From positions 1,550,907 to 1,614,906 of the forward strand of contig CAWUEW020000003.1 of the NCBI GenBank assembly GCA_963921255.3: a DNA stretch of 64,000 nt, given 5' to 3'. Each line of letters starts with the position of its first letter. Position 1 is the first letter of the stretch. The position numbers were made by a program, and so were the translations under genes. Shown piece after piece: positions 29,560 through 38,782 of this stretch. The notes beneath the pieces were generated by a model. That model was not told the DNA's origin and searched no databases. It worked only from the letters and a program-made list of their open reading frames with translations. The stretch comes from Paracoccaceae bacterium. GTDB taxonomy: Bacteria > Pseudomonadota > Alphaproteobacteria > Rhodobacterales > Rhodobacteraceae.

Positions 29560-30450
29560 ATGTCGAACCCCGCCCAAACTGCGCAAATGACCTCTGGCCA
29601 GGGCTTTATCGCCGCCCTGGATCAATCGGGCGGCTCGACGCCCAAGGCACTGCGCCTCTATGGCGTGCCGGAAGACGCTTACAGTTCTGACGCCGAGATG
29701 TTCGACCTTATCCACGGGATGCGCACGCGGATCGCGCAGGCCCCGGCCTTTACCGGCGACAAGGTCATTGGCGCGATCCTCTTTGAAATGACCATGGATC
29801 GCGAGATCGGCGGCAAACCCTCCGCGGCCTATCTTTGGGAAGAGCGCGGCGTTGTGCCGTTTCTCAAGATCGACAAGGGACTTGAGGACGCCAGCGACGG
29901 CGTGAAGCTCATGAAGCCGATCCCGGGCCTCGATGACCTCCTGGACCGGGCTGTCGCCCATGGGATCTTCGGCACCAAGGAACGCTCGGTCATTGATGCA
30001 GCCAATCCCGACGGGATCGCCGCGATCGTCGCACAGCAGTTTGACCTCGGCGCCCAGGTTCTCGCCAAGGGACTGATGCCGATCCTGGAACCGGAAGTGA
30101 CGATCTCAATCCCCGACAAGGCCGAGGCCGAAGCCATCTTGCTGGACGAGATCACCAAGGGCCTTGATGCCCTGCCCGAGGGACAACAGGTCATGCTGAA
30201 GCTGACCCTGCCCACTGACGCAAACCATTACGCGCCTTTGATTGCGCATCCCAAGGTGATGCGCGTCGTGGCCCTGTCCGGTGGCTACAGCCGCGATGAT
30301 GCGAACGCGAAACTGTCGGAAAACAAGGGCATGATCGCCAGCTTCAGCCGTGCCTTGACCGAGGGGTTGAGCGCCGATCAGGCCGATGACGCGTTCAACA
30401 CCACGATCGCAGCCACCATCGACAGCATCTACCAAGCATCCATCACCTGA
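29560..30450 (+). CDS. Class I fructose-bisphosphate aldolase
   Basis: 296 aa. ...GFIAALDQSGGSTPKAL... and ...LKLTLP... are typical of the short bacterial class I FBA family. The gene follows pgk. Confidence 0.88.
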   Translation: MSNPAQTAQMTSGQGFIAALDQSGGSTPKALRLYGVPEDAYSSDAEMFDLIHGMRTRIAQAPAFTGDKVIGAILFEMTMDREIGGKPSAAYLWEERGVVPFLKIDKGLEDASDGVKLMKPIPGLDDLLDRAVAHGIFGTKERSVIDAANPDGIAAIVAQQFDLGAQVLAKGLMPILEPEVTISIPDKAEAEAILLDEITKGLDALPEGQQVMLKLTLPTDANHYAPLIAHPKVMRVVALSGGYSRDDANAKLSENKGMIASFSRALTEGLSADQADDAFNTTIAATIDSIYQASIT

Positions 30451-30491
30451 ACCGGTCGCCATGGGACGGCGTGTGCCCTATCTTGGCCGGT

Positions 30492-31511
30492 ATGGTTCTG
30501 GAATTCCGAGAAGCAGGCATCTACTGCCCCGCGGCTGACGCGTATATCGACCCCTGGCGCCCGGTCGAGCGGGCCCTGATCACCCACGGGCATTCGGACC
30601 ACGCGCGGTGGGGGCACAGGCATTACATGTGTACCGAGGCCGCAGCGCCCGTCATCCGCCACCGCCTGGGCGACGTGGCGATCCAGACGACCACGTATGG
30701 CGCCCGGCACAAGATCGGGGATGCAACCATCAGCTTTCATCCCGCCGGCCATGTGCCGGGATCCGCGCAAATCCGGGTTGAGGTGGGCGGAGAGGTTTGG
30801 GTCGCGTCCGGCGACTACAAGACTGTCGATGACGGCCTCAGCGAGGCGTTCGAACCGGTCCGCTGTCACAGCTTCATCACCGAATCCACCTTTGGCCTGC
30901 CCATTTATGCGTGGCCCGATCAGGCCACTCTGGCCCGCGACCTGAACACGTGGTGGGCGGAAACAGCGGCACAGGGCCAGACTGCCATTCTTGGCGTGTA
31001 CGCCTTGGGCAAAGCACAGCGCATCCTTCGGCTTCTGGATCCCACCATTGGCCCGATCCTGACCCATGGGGCCGTGGAGGCGACGAACGCGGTCCTGCGC
31101 GGACAAGGGATTTCTCTGCCCGACACGGTGCCGGTGACCGCCGATACGGATCGCAAGGCCTATCCCGGCGCTATGGTTCTGGCGCCACCGTCTGCCCTGG
31201 GGTCGGCCTGGGCGCGCAAGTTCGGCCCCCAATCCACCGGGTTTGCCTCGGGCTGGATGCGGCTGCGGGGGGTGCGCCGGCGTCGGGCCGCCGATCGCGG
31301 CTTCGTGGTGTCCGATCACGCGGACTGGACCGGGTTGAACAGCGCAATCGCGGCCACGGGGGCCGAGCGGGTGTTTGTCACCCACGGATACACAGCCCAG
31401 TTTTCGCAATGGCTGGCCGAGCAAGGCTATGACGCGGGTATCGTCGAGACCGAGTTCGGCGGCGAAACGCTGGACGAGCCCGAAGACGCGGCAACCGAGG
31501 CCCCAACATGA
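30492..31511 (+). CDS. Ligase-associated DNA damage response exonuclease (metallo-beta-lactamase fold)
   Basis: ATG at 30492 within track ORF 30471..31511. MVLEFREAGIYCPAADAYIDPWRPV..., HxHxDH motif ITHGHSDHARW, and a C-terminal ...VSDHADW...VFVTHG. Confidence 0.85.
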   Translation: MVLEFREAGIYCPAADAYIDPWRPVERALITHGHSDHARWGHRHYMCTEAAAPVIRHRLGDVAIQTTTYGARHKIGDATISFHPAGHVPGSAQIRVEVGGEVWVASGDYKTVDDGLSEAFEPVRCHSFITESTFGLPIYAWPDQATLARDLNTWWAETAAQGQTAILGVYALGKAQRILRLLDPTIGPILTHGAVEATNAVLRGQGISLPDTVPVTADTDRKAYPGAMVLAPPSALGSAWARKFGPQSTGFASGWMRLRGVRRRRAADRGFVVSDHADWTGLNSAIAATGAERVFVTHGYTAQFSQWLAEQGYDAGIVETEFGGETLDEPEDAATEAPT

Positions 31512-32410
31512 CCCATGTCCCATTGACCCCTGCGGACCGGTTTTGGCGCATGATGGCCCAGATCCTTGACCGCAACGTCCTGCATCTTGTCGCGTCGCAA
31601 CGGATCGTGCGGGCCGCCTTTGCCGTCACGGGGCCCTTGGGGTCCGCCCTGCCGCGCGGGGCACGAATGACGCGGACCGCCGATGGCAGCCTGTGGATCA
31701 CGCCGCCGGGCGTCGATGTCGACGCGCCCGTACTGATGTACCTGCATGGCGGCGGTTTCACGATTGGCAGTCCGCGCACCCATGCAGGCCTGGTCGGGCA
31801 TTTGGCAGCGGCGGCCGGGATACGGGCCTTTGTGGCCCGGTATCGCCTTGCGCCGGAGCATCCGTTCCCGGCGGCGCGCGACGACGCAATGGCCGCCTAC
31901 ACACGCCTGGTGGACGACGGGACAGCGCCAGCCGCCCTTTGCGGTGACAGTGCGGGGGGATGCCTCGCGCTCCAGGTGGCGGCACAGGCCCGCGATGCGG
32001 GCCAGCCCCTGCCCAGCGCCATGGGCCTGATCGGGCCCATCGGGGATATGTCGTCCGACATCGAGGCCCGGTTTGCGGCGGCCCCGGGTGAGTTGCTGAT
32101 CCCACCGGCCTGGCCCCGCCGCATTCTGGCAGCCTACCTGCCGGGTTTGGACCCCAGTGACCCGGAGTGCTCCCCGCTGCTCGGCGACCTGTCACGATTG
32201 CCCCCCACCCTGATCCAAGCCGGGGCGGAAGAGGCACTGGCCCAAGACGCAACCCGTCTGTCCGAGGCAATGGATGCCGTCACCCTGGAGCTTTGGCCCG
32301 GTCTGCCCCACGTGTGGCACATCCATGCAGGCCGCGCCCCGGCGGCGAACCGGGCCTTGCAGCGGATGGGGGCGTTTCTGGCCGAACGCGCCGCGGGGGC
32401 GCCCGCGTGA
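31508..32410 (+). CDS. Alpha/beta hydrolase, family IV (HSL-type) esterase/lipase
   Basis: 300 aa. Oxyanion motif LHGGGF, nucleophile elbow GDSAGG, C-terminal ...GLPHVWH. The ATG overlaps the exonuclease stop (ATGA at 31508-31511). Confidence 0.8.
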   Translation: MTHVPLTPADRFWRMMAQILDRNVLHLVASQRIVRAAFAVTGPLGSALPRGARMTRTADGSLWITPPGVDVDAPVLMYLHGGGFTIGSPRTHAGLVGHLAAAAGIRAFVARYRLAPEHPFPAARDDAMAAYTRLVDDGTAPAALCGDSAGGCLALQVAAQARDAGQPLPSAMGLIGPIGDMSSDIEARFAAAPGELLIPPAWPRRILAAYLPGLDPSDPECSPLLGDLSRLPPTLIQAGAEEALAQDATRLSEAMDAVTLELWPGLPHVWHIHAGRAPAANRALQRMGAFLAERAAGAPA

Positions 32411-32525
32411 TGCCCGGCCGTCCACCATGTTTTGGGCGGGCATTGCCCACGCCGCGGGGGAATTTTCTTGAAGAAGATTCGCGCTCTCGTCAGCCCGCGT
32501 GCTCAACCGGCAAAGGCGTTGCGGC

Positions 32526-34130
32526 ATGAAAGCCTTTGCCGATCTGTTCACGGCCCTGGACCAGACCACCAAGACCAACACCAAGGTCGCGGCCATGGCG
32601 GCCTATTTCCGCACCGCGCCGGAGGATGACCGCCTTTGGACCATCGCGCTGTTGTCGGGACGCCGTCCGCGACGCGTGATCACGACAACGAAGCTGCGCG
32701 AATGGGCCGCCGACGCGGCGGGCATCCCCGAATGGCTGTTCGAAGCCTGCTACCCCGTGGTTGGGGATCTGTCGGAAACCATTGCGCTGGTTCTGCCTGA
32801 ACCTCAGGCGGATGCCCGCGTTGAAAAATCCCTCAGCGCATGGATCCAGGCCTTGCGCGCCGTCAGTGCCGAGGATGAAGAGGCCCGCAAGGCCTTCATC
32901 CTTGATGCCTGGCGCGGCTTGCCCCCGATTGAGCGTTTCGTGTTCAACAAGCTTTTGACGGGGGGCTGGCGCATGGGGGTCAGCCAGAAGCTGATGACCC
33001 GGGCGCTGTCGCAGGCGACCGGGATCGAGGAAGCCGAGCTGACGCACCGCCTGATGGGGGATTGGAACCCCGACAGCACCAGTTACCGCGCCCTCGTCGA
33101 AGACCCCGATCCGACCGCCGATCTGTCCAAACCCTATCCGTTCTACCTGGCCTATCAGCTGGACCAGGACCCGCCCGCGCTTGGACCTGTCACCGACTGG
33201 TTGGCCGAACGCAAATGGGATGGCATCCGCGGTCAACTGATTGTCCGCAGCGGCAGCCACTACCTGTGGAGCCGGGGCGAAGACCTGATCACCGACCGCT
33301 TTCCGGAATTAGCGCAACTGGTCGATTTCTTGCCCGACGGCACCGTGATCGACGGCGAGGTCCTGGCCTATGATATGGCCCGCGAAGCGCCCCTCAGCTT
33401 TGCAAAGCTTCAGCCCCGCATCGGGCGCAAAACGGTTCCGAAAAAGCTGCTGGCGGAGGCCCCGGTCATTCTCATGGGGTATGACCTTTTGGAATGGGGG
33501 GGCGCAGACTGGCGGGACCGTCCCCTGGAGGAGCGACGCGGGCAACTCTCCCGCGCCGTGGCCGCCCTGCCCGAAGCCCTGCCACTGCGCCTGTCCCCAA
33601 GCGTGCCAGCGGAATCCTGGGACGATCTGACCACGGCGCGTGCCATATCGCGCGAGATCGGTGCCGAGGGTCTGATGCTCAAACGCTTGGCGGCGCCCTA
33701 CCTCGCCGGACGCAAAAAAGGCGATTGGTGGAAATGGAAAGTCGACCCGCTGACCATCGACGCGGTCATGATTTACGCACAGGCCGGTTCAGGCCGACGC
33801 GCCACGCTCTACACGGATTTCACATTCGCCGTCTGGAAGGGAAACGACCTGGTCCCCTTCACGAAAGCCTATTCCGGTCTGACAGACGCAGAGTTCCGAG
33901 AGATCACCGCCTGGGTCCGCAAGAACACCCTTCAACGCTTCGGGCCCGTGCGCCAGGTCACGCCCGCGCATGTCTTTGAAATTGCGTTCGAGGGGATCCT
34001 GGCCAGCCCGCGCCACAAGTCCGGTGTGGCGCTTCGGTTCCCCCGCATGATGCGCTGGCGAAAGGACAAGCCTGTTCAAGAAGCCAACACATTGGAAGAT
34101 CTTGAAGAGATGTTGCGCCTGTTCGGATAG
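32526..34130 (+). CDS. ATP-dependent DNA ligase of the ligase-associated (cisplatin) damage response type
   Basis: ATG at 32526 within track ORF 32499..34130, 534 aa. Adenylation motif I AERKWDGIRG (KxDG), motif ...EGLMLKR..., and a C-terminal OB-fold region ...LRFPRMMRWRKDK. Confidence 0.9.
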   Translation: MKAFADLFTALDQTTKTNTKVAAMAAYFRTAPEDDRLWTIALLSGRRPRRVITTTKLREWAADAAGIPEWLFEACYPVVGDLSETIALVLPEPQADARVEKSLSAWIQALRAVSAEDEEARKAFILDAWRGLPPIERFVFNKLLTGGWRMGVSQKLMTRALSQATGIEEAELTHRLMGDWNPDSTSYRALVEDPDPTADLSKPYPFYLAYQLDQDPPALGPVTDWLAERKWDGIRGQLIVRSGSHYLWSRGEDLITDRFPELAQLVDFLPDGTVIDGEVLAYDMAREAPLSFAKLQPRIGRKTVPKKLLAEAPVILMGYDLLEWGGADWRDRPLEERRGQLSRAVAALPEALPLRLSPSVPAESWDDLTTARAISREIGAEGLMLKRLAAPYLAGRKKGDWWKWKVDPLTIDAVMIYAQAGSGRRATLYTDFTFAVWKGNDLVPFTKAYSGLTDAEFREITAWVRKNTLQRFGPVRQVTPAHVFEIAFEGILASPRHKSGVALRFPRMMRWRKDKPVQEANTLEDLEEMLRLFG

Positions 34131-34173
34131 AGGGGGCCACCGTCGCCTAAAATGGCGGGACCGCCAAACCGGC

Positions 34174-34953
34174 TCAGGCCACCTGCGCCACGGACAGGGC
34201 ACGTTTCCCGCTGGCCCAAGCATCCACCGCACGGCCGAATGCCTCGAACAACGGACGCGAGACCGGATCCTGCGCGGCGCGATACTCGGGATGCCATTGC
34301 ACCGACAGGGTGAACCCCGGCGCATCCGCGATATAGATCGCCTCGGGCGTGCCGTCAGGCGCGTGCCCGTCGATGATGACCCGCTTGCCCGGCTGCTTGA
34401 TGCCCTGACCGTGCAGCGTGTTGGTCATCACCTCCCGCGCGCCGAACAGACGGTGGAACGGACCATTCTCCGAGAACGTCACGGCATGGCGCAGGGCGAA
34501 CTTTTCTTCGATCGTACCATCCGGGGGCATGCGGTGGTTCATGCGGCCCGGCAAATCGCGGATCTCGGGGTAGAGTGAACCGCCCATTGCGACATTCACC
34601 TCCTGAAACCCGCGGCAGACCCCCAGAAACGGCTGACCCCGTTCCACGCACGCCCGGATCAACGGCAAAGCGATGGCATCCCGGGCGCGATCAAAGGCGC
34701 CATGTGCCTCGGTTTCATCCTCACCATATTCCTCGGGGTGAACGTTTGGGCGCCCCCCGGTGAACAGAAAGCCTGCGCACACCTCGAGCAATTCGTCGAC
34801 CGAGACAAAGCGCGGATCCGCCGGGATCACCAAGGGCAATCCGCCCGATACTTCCGCCACAGCCTCGGAGTTCATCGTGCCGCCCGCATGGGTCGAATAC
34901 TGATCGTTGATCAGGTGATGATTGCCGATAATGCCGATGACGGGCCGGGTCAT
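34174..34953 (-). CDS. Gamma-glutamyl-gamma-aminobutyrate hydrolase family protein (peptidase C26, class I GATase)
   Basis: 259 aa. ...PFLGVCRGFQEVNVAMGG (nucleophile Cys) and ...SVQWHPE (catalytic His/Glu). Confidence 0.8.
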   Translation of the reverse strand: MTRPVIGIIGNHHLINDQYSTHAGGTMNSEAVAEVSGGLPLVIPADPRFVSVDELLEVCAGFLFTGGRPNVHPEEYGEDETEAHGAFDRARDAIALPLIRACVERGQPFLGVCRGFQEVNVAMGGSLYPEIRDLPGRMNHRMPPDGTIEEKFALRHAVTFSENGPFHRLFGAREVMTNTLHGQGIKQPGKRVIIDGHAPDGTPEAIYIADAPGFTLSVQWHPEYRAAQDPVSRPLFEAFGRAVDAWASGKRALSVAQVA

Positions 34954-35066
34954 GAGGTGCCTTTACGGGTTGGTTCAGACCTATCTAACCGGACGTCCCC
35001 GCCGGTGGAAGTGTCTTTGCACGCGCAAATGCCGTGCGCTGGTGCAGATGCCCAATAATGCGGCAC

Positions 35067-35453
35067 TCAGGCCTTTGCAGCCCGCACCATGATTTCGACC
35101 TTCCAGTCCGCGCTGGCAAGGCCTGCCACGATCAACGTCGAGGCCGCCAGATGACCTTGAAAGACCTTGTCCCGTTCTTCCCGATAGAGCGGGATGCCCG
35201 ACGGGTCCGACACAATGGCAAAGACTTCGTAAATGTCGGTCAGGGCCATGTCGGCTTCGGCCAGGATCGCGGCGATGTTGGCCCACGCTTGGGCATGCTG
35301 GCCGCGGGCCCCATCCACAAGGGTCCCGTCCGGCAAGACACCAACCTGACCAGACACATGAACCTGTCGCGCGCCCGCTGGCACCTCCACCGCCTGCGCG
35401 TAGGTTGAGAAACTCGGCGGTGCGGCGGTGGTCGCGACAGGTTTATGCATCAT
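35067..35453 (-). CDS. RidA/YjgF-family protein
   Basis: 128 aa. ...YAQAVEVPAGARQVHVSGQVG... with a YjgF/chorismate-mutase-like fold pattern. Confidence 0.8.
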   Translation of the reverse strand: MMHKPVATTAAPPSFSTYAQAVEVPAGARQVHVSGQVGVLPDGTLVDGARGQHAQAWANIAAILAEADMALTDIYEVFAIVSDPSGIPLYREERDKVFQGHLAASTLIVAGLASADWKVEIMVRAAKA

Positions 35454-35454
35454 C

Positions 35455-35847
35455 TCATCCTTGATCCGGGGGCCGGTGGGCCGTTACCTCGATCTCGATC
35501 TTCATCCGGGGATCTTGCAGACCGGCCACCAACATCGTCGCCGCCGGGCGCACGTCGCCAAACCAGGCGCGGGTGACAGGCCAGCAGGCCTCCCACAGAT
35601 CGGGATCAGGAAGGATGTAGTGCACCCGCACCACGTCGGCCATCTCGGCGCCTGCTTGCTTCAACGCAGCATCAATGTTGCGCAGGCACTGTTCGGCCTG
35701 CTCGGCGACATCGTCCGAGATTTCCATCGTCGCGTAGTCGAACCCGGTTGTGCCCGCCACAAACACCCAATCCCCGGACACGACGGCCCGGGAATATCCA
35801 ATCTGCGCTTCAAATGGTGACCCCGACGAAATCAGACGCCGGCTCAT
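35455..35847 (-). CDS. RidA/YjgF-family protein (second, divergent paralog)
   Basis: 130 aa. ...GYSRAVVSGDWVFVAGTTG...VRVHYIL...IEIEVTA. The start overlaps the upstream stop (ATGA at 35844-35847). Confidence 0.8.
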   Translation of the reverse strand: MSRRLISSGSPFEAQIGYSRAVVSGDWVFVAGTTGFDYATMEISDDVAEQAEQCLRNIDAALKQAGAEMADVVRVHYILPDPDLWEACWPVTRAWFGDVRPAATMLVAGLQDPRMKIEIEVTAHRPPDQG

Positions 35848-36269
35848 GCGCTGGCCTCGAAACCGGCGGCCTCGATCCCGGCCACGGCCGCCTCGGCATC
35901 ATTGTCCGAGGTATCGCCCGTCACACCCACCGCGCCGATCACGGCACCGCTGGCGTCCTTGACCAGCACGCCGCCGGGGACAGGCACAACCTTCCCGCCA
36001 TAGGCCCCGTTCACCGCGGCCATAAAGTACGCCTGCTGTTCGGCGCGCGCCATTTGGGCGCTGCCGGGCATGCCCAACATGACCGCGCCATAGGCTTTGC
36101 CCCGTGCGATTTCAAACCGGCCCGGGCTGGCCCCATCCTCGCGTTCGAAGGCCAGGATATGCCCTCCGGCATCCAGGACGACGACCGAAAGGGGCTTCAG
36201 CCCCATGTCCCGGCCTTTTTCCCGCGCCACGGCGATCATGGTCCGGGCGTGTTCCAACGAAATGCTCAT
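35844..36269 (-). CDS. GlcG/HbpS-like heme-binding protein (DUF336)
   Basis: 141 aa. ...VVVLDAGGHILAFEREDGA...IARGKAYGAV...GGVLV...GAVGVTGDTSDNDAEAA is the DUF336 signature region. Confidence 0.8.
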   Translation of the reverse strand: MSISLEHARTMIAVAREKGRDMGLKPLSVVVLDAGGHILAFEREDGASPGRFEIARGKAYGAVMLGMPGSAQMARAEQQAYFMAAVNGAYGGKVVPVPGGVLVKDASGAVIGAVGVTGDTSDNDAEAAVAGIEAAGFEASA

Positions 36270-36301
36270 TACAGATAGTCCTTTACTCTTTCACGCGGCC
36301 C

Positions 36302-38446
36302 TTAGGCGGCCTTCCATTCCAGGCGACGGGCATGCAGCACGGGTTCCGTATAGCCCGACGGTTGTTCCCGGCCTTTTAAGACCAGATCGAGCGCAGCCGC
36401 GAAAGCGATTCCGTTGTAGCCGGGCGCCATGGGTCGATAGAGCGGATCGCCGGCATTTTGGTCATCCACCACTTCGGCCATCTTGCGGAAGGTGGCGACG
36501 ACCTCGTCCTCGGTGATGATGCTGTGATGCAGCCAGTTGGCGATATGCTGCGCGGAAATCCGGCAGGTTGCGCGATCCTCCATGAGGGCGACGTTGCTGA
36601 GATCGGGCACCTTGGAACAACCGACCCCCTGGTCGACCCAACGCACCACGTATCCCAGGATGCCTTGGGCGTTGTTTTCGACCTCGCGCATGATCTGCGG
36701 CTTGCTCCACCGGCGGAAGCTGGCCAGCGGGATATCCAGAAGCCCGGCCACGTCCGCGCGACGCCCTCCGGCTTCCAGTTTTTCCTGAACGGCGGCGACG
36801 TTGACTTGGTGGTAGTGCAACGCATGCAGGGTTGCGGCGGTCGGCGATGGAACCCACGCACAATTCGCCCCGGCCCGCGGATGTTCGATCTTGGCCTCAA
36901 GCATCGCCGCCATCGCATCGGGCATGGCCCACATGCCCTTGCCGATCTGGGCGCTGCCGCGCAGCCCGCATTCGAGGCCGATGTCCACATTCAGCGCCTC
37001 ATAGGCGCCAATCCAGGTCTTGCGCTTGATGAAGTCCTTCCGGCTGAACGGACCGGCCTCCATCGACGTGTGAATTTCATCGCCGGTGCGATCGAGGAAG
37101 CCCGTGTTGATAAAGGCGACACGATGCTTGGCGGCCCGGATGCATTCCTTCAGGTTGACGCTGGTCCGGCGCTCTTCGTCCATGATGCCGAGTTTCACGG
37201 TATAGCGGTCTAGACCAAGCGCGGCTTCGACGGCGGTGAAGGTATCGTCGGCGAAGGCAACTTCCGCGGGCCCGTGCATTTTCGGCTTCACCACGTAGAC
37301 CGATCCCGCGACCGAGTTTCTGGCGCCATCCGCCTTGTTCAGGTCATGAAGCGCGATCAGCGTGGTGATCATCGCATCCATCAGCCCTTCATAGGCTTCC
37401 GCCCCATCCCGCAGCAGGATCGCGGGGTTCGTCATCAGATGCCCCACATTCCGGATGAGCATCAGCGCCCGGCCCTTCACGCTCAACGCGCCGCCATCGG
37501 GGGCGATATACGCGTGGTCGCTGTGCAACCGGCGGGTCATCATCGCGCCGCCTTTTTCAAAGCTTTCTTCCAGGTTGCCCTGCATTAGGCCAAGCCAGTT
37601 CGAATAGGCCTGAACCTTGTCTTCGGCATCCACGCAGGCGACGCTGTCTTCGCAATCCATGATGGCGCTGACGGCGGATTCCATCCGGATATCGGCCAAA
37701 CCGGCCTGATCGCGGCTGCCGATGGCGTGGGTGCGATCAAACACCAATTCCACGTGCAGGCCGTTGTTGACCAACAGCACCGCGTCCGGCGCTTTCGGAT
37801 GCCCGGCGTAGCCTGCGAATTTTGACGGATCTTCCAGGGGTTTGTCGTCCACCAGAAGGGCCCCTTTTTCGACGTGGTATCGCTGTGCGTCCGCGTGGCT
37901 TGTGCCAACAAGCGGGAACGCCTGATCCAGAAACACCCGTGCCCGGGCAACGACGCGCGCGCCCCGACCGCGGTCATAACCTCCGCCGGGCGGCAAGCTG
38001 CCCATCGCGTCGGTGCCGTAAAACGCATCATAGAGGCTGCCCCACCGTGCATTGGCGGCGTTGAGCGCAAAGCGCGCATTGGTGATCGGCACCACAAGCT
38101 GCGGCCCCGCAACAGACGCGATTTCCGGGTCGATCTTGCTGGTCTCGATACGGAACGGGTCGCCTTCGGGAACCAGATACCCGATCTCGGCCAGGAACGC
38201 CTGGTAGGCGTCCGGGTCATGGGGTTGGCCACGGCGCTCGATGTGCCAGGCGTCGATCTTGGCCTGCAACGCGTCGCGCGTTTCAAGCAGGGCCGTGTTT
38301 TCAGCCGCACGCCCGTGCAGAAGATCCGAGAAATTCTTCCAGAACGTATCGACGTCCAGCCCCGTGCCCGGCAGCGCCTTGTCTTCCAGAAAACTGGCCA
38401 ATTCAGCCGCGACCTGAAGCCCCGCGCGATCCACCCGTTCGGTCAT
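36302..38446 (-). CDS. glcB: Malate synthase G
   Basis: The ATG at 38446 is preceded by GGAGGGGCAT (the track start at 38458 is GTG), 714 aa. It is a full-length GlcB-type sequence ([29 protein letters not shown]...). Confidence 0.95.
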   Translation of the reverse strand: MTERVDRAGLQVAAELASFLEDKALPGTGLDVDTFWKNFSDLLHGRAAENTALLETRDALQAKIDAWHIERRGQPHDPDAYQAFLAEIGYLVPEGDPFRIETSKIDPEIASVAGPQLVVPITNARFALNAANARWGSLYDAFYGTDAMGSLPPGGGYDRGRGARVVARARVFLDQAFPLVGTSHADAQRYHVEKGALLVDDKPLEDPSKFAGYAGHPKAPDAVLLVNNGLHVELVFDRTHAIGSRDQAGLADIRMESAVSAIMDCEDSVACVDAEDKVQAYSNWLGLMQGNLEESFEKGGAMMTRRLHSDHAYIAPDGGALSVKGRALMLIRNVGHLMTNPAILLRDGAEAYEGLMDAMITTLIALHDLNKADGARNSVAGSVYVVKPKMHGPAEVAFADDTFTAVEAALGLDRYTVKLGIMDEERRTSVNLKECIRAAKHRVAFINTGFLDRTGDEIHTSMEAGPFSRKDFIKRKTWIGAYEALNVDIGLECGLRGSAQIGKGMWAMPDAMAAMLEAKIEHPRAGANCAWVPSPTAATLHALHYHQVNVAAVQEKLEAGGRRADVAGLLDIPLASFRRWSKPQIMREVENNAQGILGYVVRWVDQGVGCSKVPDLSNVALMEDRATCRISAQHIANWLHHSIITEDEVVATFRKMAEVVDDQNAGDPLYRPMAPGYNGIAFAAALDLVLKGREQPSGYTEPVLHARRLEWKAA

Positions 38447-38541
38447 ATGCCCCTCCACTCCCTCGGGTTACGTCCGATCGACCCTGAACGGGCCGTACTC
38501 AGACAGGGCATAGGGAAAAAGTTTCCGATAGGCAACAGGAC

Positions 38542-38560
38542 TGGTAACATTTTCTTACCA
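38542..38560. promoter_or_regulatory. Inverted repeat TGGTAA-N7-TTACCA upstream of glcB
   Basis: Perfect 6-bp arms, about 100 nt upstream of the glcB ATG. It has the shape of a GntR-type (T.GT...AC.A) operator. The factor is unknown. Confidence 0.25.
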
Positions 38561-38580
38561 AAATCGCCCCATAACCATGA

Positions 38581-38733
38581 TCAGGGGTCTGATGCCTTGT
38601 CTCGTCGACACCGATCCGAGCAGTAGCGCACCTCATCCCAGACCTTGGCCCACTTCTTGCGCCACGCGAACGGACGCCCGCAGGTTGCGCAGGTTTTTTG
38701 AGGCAGATCGGATTTCTTGCGCATCTTGGGCAT
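38581..38733 (-). CDS. DUF2256 zinc-ribbon protein (50 aa)
   Basis: Not in the ORF track (<60 aa, and in a different frame from track ORF 38499..38786). The sequence is [50 protein letters not shown], with a CxxC...CxxxC layout. It lies 49 bp downstream of the photolyase-family gene. Confidence 0.7.
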   Translation of the reverse strand: MPKMRKKSDLPQKTCATCGRPFAWRKKWAKVWDEVRYCSDRCRRDKASDP

Positions 38734-38782
38734 GACCGAAACATAGACGTGGCCTTAGCGGCGAACAGGGCCTTACGGTTGG

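Noticed and set aside
29708-29716. DnaA-box-like TTATCCACG
   Set aside because: It is a single 8/9 match inside the fba coding sequence, with no clustering, no AT-rich unwinding element and no dnaA/dnaN context. It is not an origin.
30451-30491. Alphaproteobacterial SOS box (GTTC-N7-GTTC / GAAC-N7-GAAC) upstream of the damage-response exonuclease
   Set aside because: No match was found in the 41-nt spacer or in the adjacent 3' end of fba. The GTTC repeats at about 48846-48859 have the wrong spacing and lie inside a coding sequence.
38459-38580. Glycine riboswitch upstream of glcB
   Set aside because: The reverse-strand sequence lacks the conserved GGAGAG…CACCG cores. Only a simple inverted repeat is present, and it is reported separately.
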